In this document: piece by piece, positions 61,295-64,000 of the stretch
Layout of the letters: every line of letters starts with the position of its first letter
How positions within the stretch are numbered: position 1 is the stretch's first letter
From: an uncultured delta proteobacterium
GTDB taxonomy: Bacteria > Desulfobacterota > Binatia > UBA9968
Assembly: GCA_963771465.1 (NCBI GenBank)
Contig: CAVYTU010000015.1
Location: forward strand, 160,001 to 224,000
Length of the DNA stretch: 64,000 bases
Direction of reading: 5' to 3'
Notes under the pieces: generated by a model
The model's database searches: none
Seen by the model: only the letters and a program-made list of their open reading frames with translations
Told to the model about the DNA's origin: nothing
Made by a program: the position numbers and the translations under genes

Positions 61295-62677
61295 ATGGCG
61301 GCCGAAGCGAATACATCTAACTCTGAAGTGAACGACAAACTGCGCGTACTCGTCGTCGACGATGAAAAAAATATCCGCATGACCCTTGCGGTTTGTCTGG
61401 AACAGTTTGATTGCGAGGTCACCGGCGTCGCTTCCGCAGACGGCGCGCTCCAGTCCTTGTCGCGGCAACCCTTCGACTTGGCTTTCCTCGACTTGCGTTT
61501 GGGCGACGGCAGCGGTCTTGATTTAATTCCGAAATTTCTCGCCGAAAGTCCTAACCTTATCATCGTCGTTATGACCGCTTATGCGACCATCGACAGCGCC
61601 GTTGAAGCGATCAAGCGTGGCGCCGGTGATTACCTGCCCAAGCCGTTTCAGCCTGCGCAAATACGCCACGTCGTTGACCAGAGCGTCAAGCAGCGCAATC
61701 TGAAAAGGCAAGTGACAGATTTGGAAGGCCGTTTGCGCGAAGCTGCGCCCGAAACCGACCTCGAGTCGGAATCGCCCAAGCTCCGTGCTGTCTTTGATGT
61801 CGCAGAGAGAGCTTCGAGTTCAGACGCACCGGTCCTGCTGCGCGGTGAAAGCGGTACCGGCAAGAGCGTGCTCGCCCGCTGGATTCACTCGCTGAGTCCA
61901 CGCAGCCGTCAACCATTCGTGGTGGTCAATTGCCCGACTTTGTCCGAAGAGTTGCTGACCAGCGAGCTGTTCGGCCACACGAAGGGAGCCTTCACCGGCG
62001 CCGTGCGTGATCAGCCGGGGCGCGTCGAGGCGGCCGAGGGTGGAACGCTATTTCTCGATGAGATCGGCGATATCTCGCCGTCCTTGCAGGCAAAACTTTT
62101 GCGCTTCATCGAGGACAAGGAATTCGAGCGGCTTGGCGAAAACAAGACCAGGCGGGCCAATGTTAGAACCCTCGCGGCTACCAACCGTGAATTAGAAGAG
62201 CAAGTGCGTAAGGGTTTGTTTCGTGAGGATTTGCTCTACCGGCTGAACGTCATCGACTTGCAATTGCCGCCGCTGCGAGAACGGCCCGAAGATATCTTGC
62301 GCTTGGCACGGCGCTTCCTGACATTCTTCGCGCGATCAGCGCGGCGCCAGACGCCGGAGCTATCGAGTGCCGCGGAAATTGCGCTTACTTGTTACAACTG
62401 GCCCGGCAATATCCGTGAGCTCCGAAACACCGTCGAGCGGGCGGTGATCCTTTGGCCTGCTCAAGTGATCGAGCCGCAAGCATTTCCCGCCCACATTTCC
62501 GCGCGGGTCAAATCAGCCGAAGCGCCCCAGGTAGGTGGAAATTTCTCATTGGAGGAAATCGAGCGGGAACATATCATTCGCGTGGTCGGCAGTTCGCCGA
62601 CCTTGGAGGACGCCGCGGCCATTCTCGGCATCGATAGTTCGACACTTTGGCGCAAGCGAAAAAAAATCGAGAGTTGA
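61295..62677 (+). CDS. Sigma-54-dependent response regulator (NtrC family, AlgB-like)
   Basis: Receiver VVDDE...FLDL; GESGTGKS, ELFGHTKGAFTGA, LFLDEIG, FREDLLYRL, WPGNIREL; C-terminal HTH. Confidence 0.95.
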   Translation: MAAEANTSNSEVNDKLRVLVVDDEKNIRMTLAVCLEQFDCEVTGVASADGALQSLSRQPFDLAFLDLRLGDGSGLDLIPKFLAESPNLIIVVMTAYATIDSAVEAIKRGAGDYLPKPFQPAQIRHVVDQSVKQRNLKRQVTDLEGRLREAAPETDLESESPKLRAVFDVAERASSSDAPVLLRGESGTGKSVLARWIHSLSPRSRQPFVVVNCPTLSEELLTSELFGHTKGAFTGAVRDQPGRVEAAEGGTLFLDEIGDISPSLQAKLLRFIEDKEFERLGENKTRRANVRTLAATNRELEEQVRKGLFREDLLYRLNVIDLQLPPLRERPEDILRLARRFLTFFARSARRQTPELSSAAEIALTCYNWPGNIRELRNTVERAVILWPAQVIEPQAFPAHISARVKSAEAPQVGGNFSLEEIEREHIIRVVGSSPTLEDAAAILGIDSSTLWRKRKKIES

Positions 62678-62689
62678 ACGTAAATCAAA

Positions 62690-62806
62690 CCTGGATTCCG
62701 CAGCGTAATCGACCGAATAACCCGCCGCCTCCAAGACTATAGCCAAATGCTTGCGGATATTGCGTTCGTCGTCGGCAACCACAATCCGCGATTTTGATTC
62801 CATCAT
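62690..62806 (-). pseudogene. Truncated response-regulator receiver fragment
   Basis: MMESKSRIVVADDERNIRKHLAIVLEAAGYSVDYAA. Start overlaps the kinase stop (ATGA); homology ends before the phospho-Asp. Confidence 0.65.
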
Positions 62807-63999
62807 AGCCGGACTCCTTTCGAGCTGGTGTTTGCTACCAAGGGCAAGGTAAACCAGAAGGTGCTCCCTTTTCCCGGATCGCTTTCCACACCGATTTCAC
62901 CGCCGTGGGCGCGGACAATTTCCTTGGCGATATAAAGTCCTAGTCCGGTGCCCTTCGGACCCGATTCCGGGACCTGGTAAAATTTTTCAAAGATGCGCTC
63001 TTGGTATTCCTTTGGAATTCCGCTGCCGGTGTCCATGACGGCGAATCGAACCAAGCTATCAACGACGGCCGCGTCCAACGTGATACTGCCGCCGTTCGGC
63101 GTATACCGTAGCGCATTGCCGATCAGATTAGAAAACACATGGCCGATGCGATCGTGATCGGCCAACACACTAATCGACGGCAGGGAGAGTGAAGTACTCA
63201 GGTTCACGCCTTTGACATCGGCTTCCGTCTTGGAGTTTTCGAGAGCATGCTTGATTAGACCGGCAACTTCGGTGGGAAGCGGATATAGCTCGACGCGTCC
63301 GGATTCGATGCGCGATAGATCCAAGAAATCGTCAACCATGCCTTGCAAACGATCACAATCCTCACGCGCAGCATCGAGCAGCTCGGCCTGCTTGTCGGTG
63401 AGCGGTCCCGCCACTTGCTCGGTGCAAAGATGAACCGCCATGCGTAGCGACGTAAGCGGTGTGCGAAACTCGTGGGCGACGGTGGCGACAATATCGTTTT
63501 TAAACTCTTCAAAACGGCGCAAGCGAGTGACGTCTTGCAAGATCACCGTGGCTGCGACGATCACCCCCCGGGTCTCGTAAACAGGGCGACCCCGGGGCAA
63601 AAAATAGCGATCGCCCATAAGCGTAGGGAGTTGCACCGCATCGTCAAACCCTCTGGGAGAGTAAGCTCCCTTGCCGCTAAGAACATTGCTGCGAACCCGC
63701 TCGAGCAGCGCGCGGGTCGACGCGTGGATGCTCTTGAGAGGATCTTTGGACGAAGAATCGGTTCTAAGTCCGAGCAATGTTTCCGCCGCGTAGTTAACGT
63801 TTTGCAGACTGCCTTCCACGCTGAAAATCGCCACGGGGTCCGGAATACTATCGATCGCCGCCTGCATGCTCAGGTGGGCTTGCAGCAAATCGCCCAGCGA
63901 GCTTTTACGATACTCAGCCAAACGCGCCGCCATCACGTTGAAGTCACGGGCCAGGCCCGCCAATTCGTCGTTGCCGCGCACGTGAGCGCGGGTATCGAA
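62803..63999 (-). CDS. HAMP/PAS sensor histidine kinase (KinB-like), 5'-truncated by the window edge
   Basis: HAMP DELAGLARDFNVMA, PAS-like region, VAHEFRTPL H-box, NLIGNALRYT, DTGSGI, GTGLGL. Confidence 0.93.
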   Translation of the reverse strand, partial: FDTRAHVRGNDELAGLARDFNVMAARLAEYRKSSLGDLLQAHLSMQAAIDSIPDPVAIFSVEGSLQNVNYAAETLLGLRTDSSSKDPLKSIHASTRALLERVRSNVLSGKGAYSPRGFDDAVQLPTLMGDRYFLPRGRPVYETRGVIVAATVILQDVTRLRRFEEFKNDIVATVAHEFRTPLTSLRMAVHLCTEQVAGPLTDKQAELLDAAREDCDRLQGMVDDFLDLSRIESGRVELYPLPTEVAGLIKHALENSKTEADVKGVNLSTSLSLPSISVLADHDRIGHVFSNLIGNALRYTPNGGSITLDAAVVDSLVRFAVMDTGSGIPKEYQERIFEKFYQVPESGPKGTGLGLYIAKEIVRAHGGEIGVESDPGKGSTFWFTLPLVANTSSKGVRL

Positions 64000-64000
64000 A

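Overview
Chromosomal window from a moderately GC-rich bacterium. The gene content (multiple Bug/TTT and ABC solute-binding proteins, ornithine-cyclodeaminase-family and MmgE/PrpD paralogs, a bicupin/EutA pair) resembles Ca. Binatota or related deltaproteobacteria; this taxonomy is an inference. Housekeeping genes (trxB, moaC, rlmI-like, radC, serA, purA, ggt, addAB, argC) are interleaved with uncharacterised catabolic and transport clusters. I found no tRNA, rRNA, CRISPR array, transposase or prophage. Non-coding highlights: a clear ZMP/ZTP riboswitch with terminator ahead of a class-V aminotransferase-serA-purA operon; an unidentified ~183-nt highly paired RNA-like element (54222-54404); four intergenic elements built as (7-8-mer)n-spacer-(reverse complement)n, each with a different unit; two sigma-54-type promoters; and a degenerate attC-like site. 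Coding highlights: an orphan bicupin plus EutA-like ASKHA ATPase module without EutBC, a sensor kinase lacking its phospho-acceptor His, an arylmalonate-decarboxylase-like enzyme, and a DEDDy exonuclease linked to addAB. Three local clusters of frameshifts may be assembly errors rather than biology.
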